Shown here in pieces: positions 7,768 through 17,449 of a DNA stretch of 51,005 nt. Source of the DNA: a virus. The position numbers were made by a program, and so were the translations under genes. Under the pieces are notes generated by a model. That model ran no database searches and had not been told where the DNA came from. It saw only the letters and a program-made list of their open reading frames with translations. Numbering within the stretch: the first letter of the stretch is position 1; every line of letters starts with the position of its first letter. Location of the stretch: positions 1 through 51,005 of IMG/VR virus record IMGVR_UViG_3300045051_000371; one strand, written 5' to 3'.

Positions 7768-9039
7768 ATGCCACAGCCGTTTAACGCAATTGACGTGACG
7801 TATGGACATACGCCACAAGCCGAAGTGCAGTTTTCCAAACTGCCTTATATTCTCGCCAAGAAAGAACTGAAGTCCTGGAAGTCTACCCCGCTTGTTCGTA
7901 AACTTCTCGGTAAAGCCAAGTGGCAGCCGAATGAAGGTGCTACTGTGATGCGCACGGAGTATTCTACTCCTTCGCCCATTCAGCGGCAGATGCCGAAGCC
8001 GAACAAGATGTTCCAATCGGAGCCTAGCTTCGATGTTATTGGAACTCGTCGCTTCTACAATGAAGCCACTCCGGGCTGGAAGGGTTTCCACAGTGCTGAG
8101 TTCTACTGGCAGAACTCATTCGTTGAGAAGTTCCCTGATTCTATCAAGGATGCTTTCGACGACATCATGAATAAGGAGAAGATTTATGATGAAACCTATC
8201 TTCTGTCTGAACTCTACTTCCAAGCTCCGCGTGTTTATATCGCCGGGCAAGGATTTACCTCTGTTAAGCCGTCGTCTGCAATGGACCAGACGGTGAAGAC
8301 TGCTGAATGGGTTCAGGCTCAAGTTGTTGGCAAGGCTCGTGAAGCTCAGATCACTGACTTCATGCAGATTGCCTCTCAAATGCACGACAACGAGGGTATT
8401 CCTTTCTTCCAAGGTAAGGACTACGACGAAGGTTCTCCTGCTCCTGGCGGCACTTTTGCTCTTCTGTGCTCCACTGAGTTCATGCTTAATCTGACGTTTG
8501 ATCAGTATCTCAATCAGAATCGCATGCTCAATACTGATCTCGTTGGTGATGTCTGGAAGAAGACTCCCTTCGGGATGTATACGTGGAAGACTTGGCGTAA
8601 TCCGTTCCGTTTCCAGATTGATGGCACCACTGTTGCGCCGGAGATCACTGAGTCCGCCGCGGATGCGTTCAATCTCAACGAGACTGTTCCTAATCCGCTC
8701 TACACCAGCATGTTGAATGATGGCTCTCCTTACGAGGTTGCCATTATTCTCGGTCCTAACGCTGGTGATGCGCTGGAAGTTGGTCCGCCTCCTTCTGAGT
8801 TCACTAACTCCAGTGTCAGCTCCAAGATCACCGCTATCGACTGGAACGGTAAGATCAAGATGAATGATCTTTTTCTCGTTCCGACGGTTGGTGATGATGG
8901 TGTTGCCACTGTTGCCATCAATCCGATGGGCTTGCGTCGTCGTTATGAGTCTCTGCTCTCTGTTGGCTATGTTCCCCGCCAACGTCGTGCTGTGACTCTT
9001 TACTTCTACAAGCGCAAACTCGGTCCCGCCGTTGTGTAA
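7768..9039 (+). CDS. Major capsid protein
   Basis: 423 aa from the ATG at 7768, directly after the scaffold gene, with strongly biased codon usage. Function is assigned from position and size only. Confidence 0.65.
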   Translation: MPQPFNAIDVTYGHTPQAEVQFSKLPYILAKKELKSWKSTPLVRKLLGKAKWQPNEGATVMRTEYSTPSPIQRQMPKPNKMFQSEPSFDVIGTRRFYNEATPGWKGFHSAEFYWQNSFVEKFPDSIKDAFDDIMNKEKIYDETYLLSELYFQAPRVYIAGQGFTSVKPSSAMDQTVKTAEWVQAQVVGKAREAQITDFMQIASQMHDNEGIPFFQGKDYDEGSPAPGGTFALLCSTEFMLNLTFDQYLNQNRMLNTDLVGDVWKKTPFGMYTWKTWRNPFRFQIDGTTVAPEITESAADAFNLNETVPNPLYTSMLNDGSPYEVAIILGPNAGDALEVGPPPSEFTNSSVSSKITAIDWNGKIKMNDLFLVPTVGDDGVATVAINPMGLRRRYESLLSVGYVPRQRRAVTLYFYKRKLGPAVV

Positions 9040-9057
9040 TCATTACGACCTAAAACT

Positions 9058-9603
9058 ATGAAGAAACTTCTTGCACTTCTTGCGGCTGTTGTTGGGTTTT
9101 CTGCCCCAGCGGCTACGTTCTCTGAGTCTTATACGCTTCCGTATAACTCAACGAACACAGTGTTTAGCAATGCTCCGATTGTTATCAAGACTCTGTCTTT
9201 TTACAATCCTAGTGCTGCTACCGCTACGATTCGTTTCTACGACTCGACGACGAACAAGACCTTTTACACTAACACCACTGACACTACGAATCTTCATAGT
9301 GTCGCCCGTGTTGCTGTGACTGAGTTTTGGACTAACGGTGTCTATTCGTTCACGACTGCTGCTGGTCATACGACGAACATTGTTAACTACATCACCAACA
9401 CTACCTACATGTTGAAGACGATCTATACCAACATTCCTCCGGGTAGTTATGAGTTGGCTCGTTTGGCTAACTTCTCCATTCCGCCCAGCACCACAGTTGC
9501 TGTGACGTTTGAAGATGTTAACTTGTTTGTTCTGCGAGGTTTGACGGTGGCTAATGTTACTGGTGCCACGAACGTCGTGTTGCAGTCTATCTACAATCGG
9601 TAA
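9058..9603 (+). CDS. Thr/Asn-rich protein with an N-terminal signal-peptide-like segment
   Basis: MKKLLALLAAVVGFSAPA/ATF has the n-, h- and c-regions of a Sec signal. The rest looks beta-rich. Confidence 0.6.
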   Translation: MKKLLALLAAVVGFSAPAATFSESYTLPYNSTNTVFSNAPIVIKTLSFYNPSAATATIRFYDSTTNKTFYTNTTDTTNLHSVARVAVTEFWTNGVYSFTTAAGHTTNIVNYITNTTYMLKTIYTNIPPGSYELARLANFSIPPSTTVAVTFEDVNLFVLRGLTVANVTGATNVVLQSIYNR

Positions 9604-9610
9604 CCAAATC

Positions 9611-9632
9611 GAGGGGAGGTAACACTCCCCTC
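9611..9632 (+). terminator. Rho-independent-like terminator
   Basis: gaggggag-gtaaca-ctcccctc followed by aaccccttttct. Confidence 0.55.
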
Positions 9633-9644
9633 AACCCCTTTTCT

Positions 9645-11348
9645 ATGAGAATCATTCTCGCTCTTCTCTTCTCGGCGCTTGCGCTGGAAGCTCAGGTTAC
9701 CGATCTTCGATACAGCAATCCTGGCGTTCCTGGCATCTCTACTGGTGATCAGCTCTACACTAAGACCATCCGAGACAATGCAAACACGGCGGCTGTTAGT
9801 AATGCGTTCAAGATTGTTGAAACAAATCTTGCTTCGTTGACGAATGTTGTGGCTGCGTCGGCAGTAACTAATGCTACAACTTATAACGTTACTCTCCCTG
9901 CAGGACTTCACTGGCAGGCTCAGAACGATGCAATTACCTACGCTCGTCAAGTGCTACGTTACAGTTCAAATACTGTTAACATGTTTACTAACGGACAGCT
10001 TGCTCCATTGGCAACAGCACTGAGCCTTGTCTATGACAGCACGATTGGTTTTAGTAATATTGCTGACATCGTTTTGATGCACGAAGGAGCAACAGTTAGT
10101 AGTGGAACTAATCTTCCAACTCTTCGTGGAAGGATTCTTTATGGAACCAATATCGCTCTAACTACTCCAGGTCTCTACTTTCAAGGAACTAATGCCACGG
10201 CTAATCTCTGGCATATCCCTTCATCCATCAATCACACTATTGGTTTGAGGATGGCTAGTGAGACTAATGCTAACAGTGGTGGTAACTATCAATGGGCTTA
10301 CAGTCTTATTAGCACAAATGGATATGGAACTGCTTGCTATAGCTCTCTGGGCTGGAATAGTGCTGTGTTTTATCAATGGGTTTGGACGCAAAGTAGTGGA
10401 TTTCCTTCTTACGGTGTATTTCCGCGTTACTTCGGTGTAAATCCTTCCGAAGGCTTGATGCGTGGTCAGCGTCAATTTCGTAACGTCATTAGCACTGTTA
10501 ACGAGGATTCTTCTACAACGACGAATATTTCTACGTGGGTAGACGGCATTTGTGGACAGCAGAATATTACTAATATTCTTTCTTCTACTGCGGCTAATAG
10601 ACTCTTGCTCGGCTCTCGTTCTGACGGACAGTATTACTTTCGCGGCTTTCAGAGTCAGCTTTGGTATATCACCAAGAATCTTACCAGCAACGAAATTGTG
10701 ATTCTTGATCGTGCGATGAGTATCATTGCTCGCGAGATTCCTGTTGTTGTTTATGGTGATTCAATAAGCTTCTTTGACTATACTGATCCTAAACAAGGTC
10801 GTGAATGGTCACAGCAAATGTGGCAAGAGCTTGGTGTTTATACGAATCTTGTCGTAGTTCACAACCACGCAAAGTCAGGTCAGCGTGCGGATCAAGTTGG
10901 AACTGACATGCCAGCAACACTGTGGCATCGGCGTCCGTATATTGGCAACAAGAATGGCTCACACTTGATGATTCTGTCCGGCATCAACAATATTGTAATT
11001 AACAATGACAATGCCGTAACAACCTTTGGATATATTTCTAATCTTTGGAATATTGGTATTTCCAACGGTTACACTGTTCATGCCTGCACGTTGTTACCAC
11101 TGTCAACTAATTATTCTGGTTGGAATTTGAACTGGAGCAGTAACGTGATGTATGTGAATAACCTAATTCGTGGAGCAACAAACAATCCCTTCCGTCCATT
11201 CACGTATCTCTGGGATTTCAATCAGACTGTCACGGACACCAATGCTCTTACGCAACTCTTTGATGGTATCCATCCAACAAACTCTGTAGCTACTGCTATG
11301 GGTAAAATGGTCGGCACTAACCGCAACGTTTGGCTTGTTACACCATGA
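9645..11348 (+). CDS. Fibre/spike-like protein with a C-terminal SGNH (GDSL) esterase domain and an N-terminal signal-like segment
   Basis: The four SGNH blocks appear in order: VVVYGDSIS, AKSGQ, LSGINN, FDGIHPT. The N-terminus is MRIILALLFSALALEAQ. Confidence 0.7.
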   Translation: MRIILALLFSALALEAQVTDLRYSNPGVPGISTGDQLYTKTIRDNANTAAVSNAFKIVETNLASLTNVVAASAVTNATTYNVTLPAGLHWQAQNDAITYARQVLRYSSNTVNMFTNGQLAPLATALSLVYDSTIGFSNIADIVLMHEGATVSSGTNLPTLRGRILYGTNIALTTPGLYFQGTNATANLWHIPSSINHTIGLRMASETNANSGGNYQWAYSLISTNGYGTACYSSLGWNSAVFYQWVWTQSSGFPSYGVFPRYFGVNPSEGLMRGQRQFRNVISTVNEDSSTTTNISTWVDGICGQQNITNILSSTAANRLLLGSRSDGQYYFRGFQSQLWYITKNLTSNEIVILDRAMSIIAREIPVVVYGDSISFFDYTDPKQGREWSQQMWQELGVYTNLVVVHNHAKSGQRADQVGTDMPATLWHRRPYIGNKNGSHLMILSGINNIVINNDNAVTTFGYISNLWNIGISNGYTVHACTLLPLSTNYSGWNLNWSSNVMYVNNLIRGATNNPFRPFTYLWDFNQTVTDTNALTQLFDGIHPTNSVATAMGKMVGTNRNVWLVTP

Positions 11349-11764
11349 AAGAAATATCTGACGAAACACCGGTTAGGTTGTCAGTATCTAAAACATGGCA
11401 AGTTCTAGTGGCTACAGTTGCTGGAACAGCAGTAATTATAAGTTGGTTCTATATTCGAGACAATGAACGCCAACTTCGAGAACAAGAGTTCCGTCATTTA
11501 ATCCTTGATCAAATGAAAGGATTTATGACTTACTCTGCGATGAATGTTTGGGTTGATGAGCTAGAGCGTAAAAACCCTTCGTTGGTTCTTCCGAGGATTC
11601 GTCAGGCTGCGGTGGAAGGACCAACAAAGAATTCGTTCCAAGCAGCCTCAAAAGGAACTAGCTATGTTCATACACAACCTATCACACAGTTGCAAGACAA
11701 TAACTGCCTAGCCGCTGCTGAAGCTTGTCTGCCGAAAATTATCTCCACCTACGAACCCGAATGA
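11345..11764 (+). CDS. Type-II membrane protein (i-spanin-like topology)
   Basis: ATGA overlap with the upstream gene. A single N-terminal TM segment (WQVLVATVAGTAVIISWFYI) is followed by a charged helical segment. Confidence 0.5.
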   Translation: MKEISDETPVRLSVSKTWQVLVATVAGTAVIISWFYIRDNERQLREQEFRHLILDQMKGFMTYSAMNVWVDELERKNPSLVLPRIRQAAVEGPTKNSFQAASKGTSYVHTQPITQLQDNNCLAAAEACLPKIISTYEPE

Positions 11765-11943
11765 ATCTTAAACTTGTTTTCTTTCCGCTGGCAGTTCTCG
11801 TTGAACTCACTAGCGTTGCTGCTACTGGTCGTGAAACCGGTTTCGGTAACTGGGTAATGGACCGAGAACTTGGTGATCCGGCTGGTAAACCTTGGCAATC
11901 ACGTCAAGAAGTCCTCAAAGAACATGGAATCTCTACTCACTAA
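11761..11943 (+). CDS. Small secreted protein (60 aa)
   Basis: ATGA overlap with the upstream gene and a signal-like MNLKLVFFPLAVLVELTSVAA. Confidence 0.45.
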   Translation: MNLKLVFFPLAVLVELTSVAATGRETGFGNWVMDRELGDPAGKPWQSRQEVLKEHGISTH

Positions 11944-12271
11944 TCTCAACGACTTGTTTCTTAATTGGCCTTTGATTGTCTATGTGCTGGGACTTAATGT
12001 TCTTGGTAAGATTATCAAGCACAGTCCAATCGACAACAAGTATATCCCCTCAATTCTAGCTGTCGTTGGTGGTGCTACTTGTCACTTCGTTGTCGAGAAA
12101 CTTCCTGTTTGGAGTTTCTTTAATACCATGACTCACGTCTGGTTCGGAGTGTTTATTGGTTACGGTGCAGTTGGTATTCATCAGCAATTAGCCAACCTTG
12201 AATTCATCAAACGCATCCCATTCCTATCCAAGATTCTTTCCGATGAAAACGACAATCCTCCTACTCATTAG
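11924..12271 (+). CDS. Multi-pass membrane protein, holin-like
   Basis: 115 aa from the ATG at 11924, with three hydrophobic segments and a charged C-terminal tail. Confidence 0.45.
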   Translation: MESLLTNLNDLFLNWPLIVYVLGLNVLGKIIKHSPIDNKYIPSILAVVGGATCHFVVEKLPVWSFFNTMTHVWFGVFIGYGAVGIHQQLANLEFIKRIPFLSKILSDENDNPPTH

Positions 12272-12569
12272 CGCCACACTCGTTGGTTGTTCTACTACCC
12301 ATGTTAAACAATCCAATGAACTTTCCGTTGACTACTTCCGCCCCGACGGGACACTGGAGCGACGGGAAACTCGCAAACTTGACAGCGACGTCTCTGCTGT
12401 CGGAGACGGTAATGCGAATGTCTCAAAACTCCGTGGCTCTCAATCAAAGAGTGGAACTCTCTCATTGGGAACTGAAGGAGCAGAAGGAGAAGTTACCTCC
12501 CCCGCACTAGCGGAGCTTGTTAAATCTCTTTCAATGCTTATCGAGATTTCCAAATCTCTTGCAAAATGA
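12243..12569 (+). CDS. Lipoprotein (o-spanin-like)
   Basis: MKTTILLLISATLVGC has a lipobox L-V-G-C. The start overlaps the end of the holin-like gene. Confidence 0.55.
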   Translation: MKTTILLLISATLVGCSTTHVKQSNELSVDYFRPDGTLERRETRKLDSDVSAVGDGNANVSKLRGSQSKSGTLSLGTEGAEGEVTSPALAELVKSLSMLIEISKSLAK

Positions 12570-13801
12570 GCTACGATACGGTAACATTTCGCGAACCGAA
12601 GCGTATTGATCGCAGTGCAGGGTATTTTACTTTGCCTGCCTTCACATACTCTTTCAGCGACACAGGTCCTCACGCTGGATCACAGGATTATACTGTCGAT
12701 GATCTAACACTCACGGCAGACATCAATGATTCCCGTGCAAATCCCCTGAAGTGGAACGGAGCCTCACAGCGTATTACTCAGTGGAACTACTCTAGCACTA
12801 ATAACTTCGTGCTAACAGAACTTCCTGAGCCTCCAGTGGATTCGGACTTTTGTTTGTGCATTGCTTACCGTGTTGGTGATGAAGTTTATCGCTATAAACT
12901 CTGGGAAGGTATCGGGGAGGTTCTAAATGTTCCTCTTTATACTAGTCAAATTATCAAGAAATATTTCTCACTAGAAGTCTGGAGCACAGAGAGTAGTGAT
13001 GAAGTTAATCTTGGCACAGCAATCCAGCTGACTTCTTCCATCCGTGCCGTGATGACGGATGTAACGGATACCTTCGAGGTTGTTGAAGGTGTTGAAGCTG
13101 CGAATCAGCTCTATGAGACGCCTACTGTTACGGTTGATACCACAAACCTTGTTACTTGGTATCGTGGTGATGTGAGTCAGTTGACTGTTGACGCTGTTGG
13201 AACAGTTAGTGCTGCGACCTTGTATCAAGGCACAGGTCCAAACATGGTTGCTACTGCAGGGTTGAAGATTTCTGACGTTGATCCGACACTCTACGGTCAC
13301 AGTTTTGCTGAAGCTAATACTGTTAAGTCTCTTTACACATCCGCAGCTACGACAGGTGGACGTCAATGGCTTGCTGTTGTTAAAGTTCCAGTGGGGATTG
13401 GTGATACTACTGTAATTGTTGCACCAGGATTTATATTGGAAACAGTTGGAACAAAGTTCAACGTATCTATTGGTGGTGTTGTTTCTGAGATGTTTGATCT
13501 TGTCAATGACTGGATCGTTATAAATGTAAGCATCACTGATCAAGGCACTGATAATTTGTTTACGGTTAGTGTAACGGATATTGAAGGCAAACTGTTATAC
13601 AGCGCCACTGAAACATCCGCTGCTGCGCTGGTCATTGTTGACGGTGTGTTTACAGTCAAAAGCTGCTACTTCGCCGACTTTGTTACCTTCTCCGATGTGA
13701 CCGACGTCTCTAACTACATCAAAGCCATTCAGCTATTTTATGGTCTGTTCTTGACGGACATGACCCTCAACTCTAACACAGTTCTCGTCGATAACGCATG
13801 A
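12566..13801 (+). CDS. Virion/tail fibre-like protein
   Basis: 411 aa, Thr/Val-rich and beta-like, coupled by ATGA overlaps on both sides. No signal peptide. Confidence 0.45.
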   Translation: MSYDTVTFREPKRIDRSAGYFTLPAFTYSFSDTGPHAGSQDYTVDDLTLTADINDSRANPLKWNGASQRITQWNYSSTNNFVLTELPEPPVDSDFCLCIAYRVGDEVYRYKLWEGIGEVLNVPLYTSQIIKKYFSLEVWSTESSDEVNLGTAIQLTSSIRAVMTDVTDTFEVVEGVEAANQLYETPTVTVDTTNLVTWYRGDVSQLTVDAVGTVSAATLYQGTGPNMVATAGLKISDVDPTLYGHSFAEANTVKSLYTSAATTGGRQWLAVVKVPVGIGDTTVIVAPGFILETVGTKFNVSIGGVVSEMFDLVNDWIVINVSITDQGTDNLFTVSVTDIEGKLLYSATETSAAALVIVDGVFTVKSCYFADFVTFSDVTDVSNYIKAIQLFYGLFLTDMTLNSNTVLVDNA

Positions 13802-14904
13802 AAAAACTTTTCTTTCTGTTTGCTGCCTTCACGGCTGTCGGTGCTGAGAATTACAACGATCTTATCAAGGGCGTTGATTTCACTGGCCGTAGTGCTCTGA
13901 GTCCTACGACGTTGAATCAGCTTGTTGACAATGCACGGCTTAATACTAATCGTGGTATTATTCTCTTGCAGTCAACTCAACCTGATCATGTCACGAATCC
14001 ACGTTTCACTAACTTCGTTTGGCTTGATAACTCTACTCCAGGTCTTATTCAGCTGAAGGTTTACAATGGATCTTCTTGGACCAACGTGTATCTTGGTTCA
14101 ATTCTAACCGAGACCAACCTTGCTGATGGAGCTGTTACTACTCCGAAAATTGCTTCCGGTGCTGTTAGCGCAGAGAAGATTCTCAACGGTGCTGTTGGTT
14201 CGCTGCAACTTGCCGGTAGTGGTGTGACGGCAGATAAGATTGCGGTTGGTGTAGTGAATCGCAGTCACCTCAGTGATAACCTTATCGGCACTGCGCAGAT
14301 TACAAATAGTGCAGTGACAGGTCCTAAGATTGCTGATGGAACGATTAGCTCGGAAAAGATTGCTAGCGTTAACGCATATGTTATCACAAACCTTTCGTCT
14401 TATGCACTTCCGCAGACGAACTTGGATATTGGTAAGCTTCCACAGCCTAGCTACAATAATAGTAACTATACGTTGATTACGCTTCCTAACAGTCTCACAT
14501 GGACCACTGCTCCGATTGCTGAAGTGGTTTATCACTATCCATGGGCTGGAACTTTCAGGCATCAGCTAGGCTATTTTGGAACTGAGTCGCACACACTCGG
14601 CAGAAAACCTTTTGTTCATAACGTTGTTTTTGAATTTACAAATAGTTTCTACGGTAACGAAATTGGCGATGAAGTTTCATTGAGTTCACTTGTAATTAGT
14701 AACGCGTCTGTCACTACTCGCGTCTATCCAATCAATTATTCTCTTACTTCAACAAGCGTCGCCATTCGTGTCGATACACAATTCTGGACAAATGGAACTG
14801 CCAATCGTTGGTTCTGCCACAACGGCACCAATGGTTCTGAGACTGTGATGGGTGGTATCTACTTTCCAACCAATCTCGGTCGTTTCAAATTCTACCTCCG
14901 CTAA
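13798..14904 (+). CDS. Tail fibre protein with tandem G-A-V-x-x-x-K-I repeats and a signal-like N-terminus
   Basis: About seven repeats: GAVTTPKIASGAVSAEKILNGAVGSLQLAGSGVTADKIAVG...GPKIADGTISSEKIAS. The N-terminus is MKKLFFLFAAFTAVGA. Confidence 0.6.
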   Translation: MKKLFFLFAAFTAVGAENYNDLIKGVDFTGRSALSPTTLNQLVDNARLNTNRGIILLQSTQPDHVTNPRFTNFVWLDNSTPGLIQLKVYNGSSWTNVYLGSILTETNLADGAVTTPKIASGAVSAEKILNGAVGSLQLAGSGVTADKIAVGVVNRSHLSDNLIGTAQITNSAVTGPKIADGTISSEKIASVNAYVITNLSSYALPQTNLDIGKLPQPSYNNSNYTLITLPNSLTWTTAPIAEVVYHYPWAGTFRHQLGYFGTESHTLGRKPFVHNVVFEFTNSFYGNEIGDEVSLSSLVISNASVTTRVYPINYSLTSTSVAIRVDTQFWTNGTANRWFCHNGTNGSETVMGGIYFPTNLGRFKFYLR

Positions 14905-14907
14905 CCT

Positions 14908-15855
14908 ATGCTAATCGACATCCTTAATAGCATTTCACCGCTCAAAGGGCGACTTAATCTCGCCGACGAGCGTGTAAAGTCTATTTGGGTCGCACGCATT
15001 AACGAAGCGGCTCGTGGACTTTATGAACGGTCAGAGCTTCTTGACTCTTCCCGCACAGCAGTCTTTGAAACTTCTGAACTTGCTACTGATGTCATTGCCT
15101 TTCCGTGGTATGTGATGGTTCCTCTTCGGATCCGTAACATCCGCACCAAGGAAATCTTTGACTTCGCGCAGCAAGCAGGGCGATTTCAAGAATTCCAAAC
15201 AGACTTCAATAACTTCACTATCACTAAGCGTTCTCCGCTTAACCGGGAGATTCTCAATGCTGGTCCTTTGACCTTTACACTCAAGGACACCGAATCCGCT
15301 ACGTTCCGAATCTCCGGCCGGACAAATAAATCTAGTTCCTTCGTTGAAACACTCACGATCACCAACGCACTCTCCGGCACCACGGCAGCCTTCTGGGAAG
15401 ACGTCGAAAGTATCACACAAGACGTTCATACCTACGATACTACTGTTACTGATATTGACGATGTCGTTATTAGCCGTATTCCTAACAACATGACTGAGGT
15501 GTTCTACACCCACTATCGTTTCAAAGACGATTGGTGGCAGAACACCAACAAGCAGGATACGCTGGAACTTCTTTATCGTCCGGTCTACGAGCCAATGCTT
15601 GATGATCGTAGCAATTTCCAATGCGGAAGTCGTTACGATGATGCCATCAAGTATATGACCTTATCCCGTGATGCACTGGAGTCTGAAAAGAATCCAGGTC
15701 TGGCGCAGCAATACGATGCTAAAGCGCAAGCTATTCTCGCCGGACTTCACGCTAATGCTCAAACGGGCCAGCGTCAAGTAGTGTTCGAGCGTAACAGGTT
15801 TCTAACCATTGGAGAAAATGGACATCACCCGCAAAGACTTTACTGGCGGTATTAA
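14908..15855 (+). CDS. Virion structural protein (adaptor or tail candidate)
   Basis: Position within the structural operon. No diagnostic motif. Confidence 0.4.
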   Translation: MLIDILNSISPLKGRLNLADERVKSIWVARINEAARGLYERSELLDSSRTAVFETSELATDVIAFPWYVMVPLRIRNIRTKEIFDFAQQAGRFQEFQTDFNNFTITKRSPLNREILNAGPLTFTLKDTESATFRISGRTNKSSSFVETLTITNALSGTTAAFWEDVESITQDVHTYDTTVTDIDDVVISRIPNNMTEVFYTHYRFKDDWWQNTNKQDTLELLYRPVYEPMLDDRSNFQCGSRYDDAIKYMTLSRDALESEKNPGLAQQYDAKAQAILAGLHANAQTGQRQVVFERNRFLTIGENGHHPQRLYWRY

Positions 15856-17449
15856 CCGCAAGGATGGAGTTGATAAACTGGCGGATTCAGAGTATCCGTT
15901 GGGAATCAATCTCCGTGTCCGTGCGAACAATGTTGCGCCGATTAAGAAAGCTGCAAAGCTGACCGGCATCAACGCAGCGTTGTTCCAAGGTTGTGAAGGC
16001 ATTGAGAACTATCTCATTGTTGCTGCTGATGGATACCTCTACTGGCGTGACTTGAGCCAAGAAGATAGCAACTTTGCTTATTTCCGTGATGCTGCTGGCG
16101 CGCCAATTGTCATGGATCCCTCTGCTAGGATCCACTTCAAAGCTGTTCCAGCCTCTTCCATCAATCGCAAGCGTGTTCCCGTTACGGCGAATGTCGCTAA
16201 CACTGAGGTGAACTACACCGCTACCGTCAATGGTTCCCCTGCTGCTATCCTTGTCACGGATGGTGTTAGTCAGCCTGCGGTGGTATTCCTCGATGGAAGT
16301 GGTCGTCGCACTAAATCCTACGCCGAATGGACTGATGAAGATCCGGAGTATGTTCCTATCGGCTCAATCATGTATTACAACGGTAACACAGTTTACATGA
16401 TGTCGCCGGATGGTAAGTATCTCTACCGCAGTGTCAGCGGAATGCCGCTGAACTTTGTTATCGTCATTGATAACAATGGCGCTAAAGCTGGCGATGCGAC
16501 TGAGAGTGCATACCGATATTCCTACGAGCGCACGACAGCACTTAGTCCACTCTATGGAACCACGGACTTCATGGCTTCTACAGCCACGCAAGGTTTTCGG
16601 ATCCAAATTGACTACACAAATGTCTTCTTCGGAGAACCTAGTCACACCCGCGTAGGTCTAGCGTCCGGTGCCATTCATCATTATGGTGTGACGACTATCG
16701 GTGCAGATACTGTGTTTGTTGATGCAAATGGTATCAAATCCTTCAACGCCATCGCTGCTGTTGCATCTAAGGCTGAAGTTGATCCGTTTTCACTTAAGGT
16801 TCAACCGTTGATGAACGGTGTTCTCCAGCAGTATCCTTGTGCTATTTCGCTGCGAGATTATACTTACTTTAGCGTCAACACTATCTTCGGCCAGGGCATT
16901 ATGGTCTATGATGAAACTCTCCGTGTGTTTGTTTCACTGGATCTTGATCCTCGTTTGACGGACGTGATTCGTTTCACAACGATCAACACACAGCCACAGC
17001 AGAAGTTAGTTGTTTGCACAACGACGGGAATCTACATCTACGAGGATTCTGATGAATACGCTGAAGCAGGTTTCTACTACGGTGAAATCTCTTCACCGAC
17101 TCCTGCGCAAGAGAGTTCTGCAATTCGTCTCCGTGTCCGGTTCACTGAAGTGTTTGAGAATGGCACTGTAACAGTGCTCAATTACGTTGACGGGAAACTT
17201 GATAAAACCATCCAGCAAGAACTTCTTGCGGATGATGTTACGATTCCCGAATATCCTTGGACAACGCCAACACCAGTCACGGATAACAAACTATCCGCCA
17301 CACTTAACTTCCAGTATGAAGGCGATCTTTGTTCTGGTTCATTGTTGGGCTTCTGGATTAAGTTCGCATTTAATGCACAACTCAACGCCCTTCATCTTGA
17401 AACTCGCGAGAGTGGTGAGGTGATTCCTTCCAATCAGCAATATGTTTAG
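15809..17449 (+). CDS. Virion structural protein (tail tubular/nozzle candidate)
   Basis: 546 aa, assigned by position. The start could also be the ATG at 15818. Confidence 0.4.
   Translation: MEKMDITRKDFTGGINRKDGVDKLADSEYPLGINLRVRANNVAPIKKAAKLTGINAALFQGCEGIENYLIVAADGYLYWRDLSQEDSNFAYFRDAAGAPIVMDPSARIHFKAVPASSINRKRVPVTANVANTEVNYTATVNGSPAAILVTDGVSQPAVVFLDGSGRRTKSYAEWTDEDPEYVPIGSIMYYNGNTVYMMSPDGKYLYRSVSGMPLNFVIVIDNNGAKAGDATESAYRYSYERTTALSPLYGTTDFMASTATQGFRIQIDYTNVFFGEPSHTRVGLASGAIHHYGVTTIGADTVFVDANGIKSFNAIAAVASKAEVDPFSLKVQPLMNGVLQQYPCAISLRDYTYFSVNTIFGQGIMVYDETLRVFVSLDLDPRLTDVIRFTTINTQPQQKLVVCTTTGIYIYEDSDEYAEAGFYYGEISSPTPAQESSAIRLRVRFTEVFENGTVTVLNYVDGKLDKTIQQELLADDVTIPEYPWTTPTPVTDNKLSATLNFQYEGDLCSGSLLGFWIKFAFNAQLNALHLETRESGEVIPSNQQYV

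Noticed and set aside
8116-8982. 288-aa minus-strand ORF inside the capsid gene. Similar long antisense ORFs are 12971..13543, 14104..14562, 15031..15621, 20178..20738, 28457..29191, 37094..37702 and 40781..41455.
   Set aside because: Each lies entirely inside, and antisense to, a better-supported gene. Their products are Arg/Ser/Ile-rich with no motifs. They are stop-poor antisense frames of biased coding sequence.
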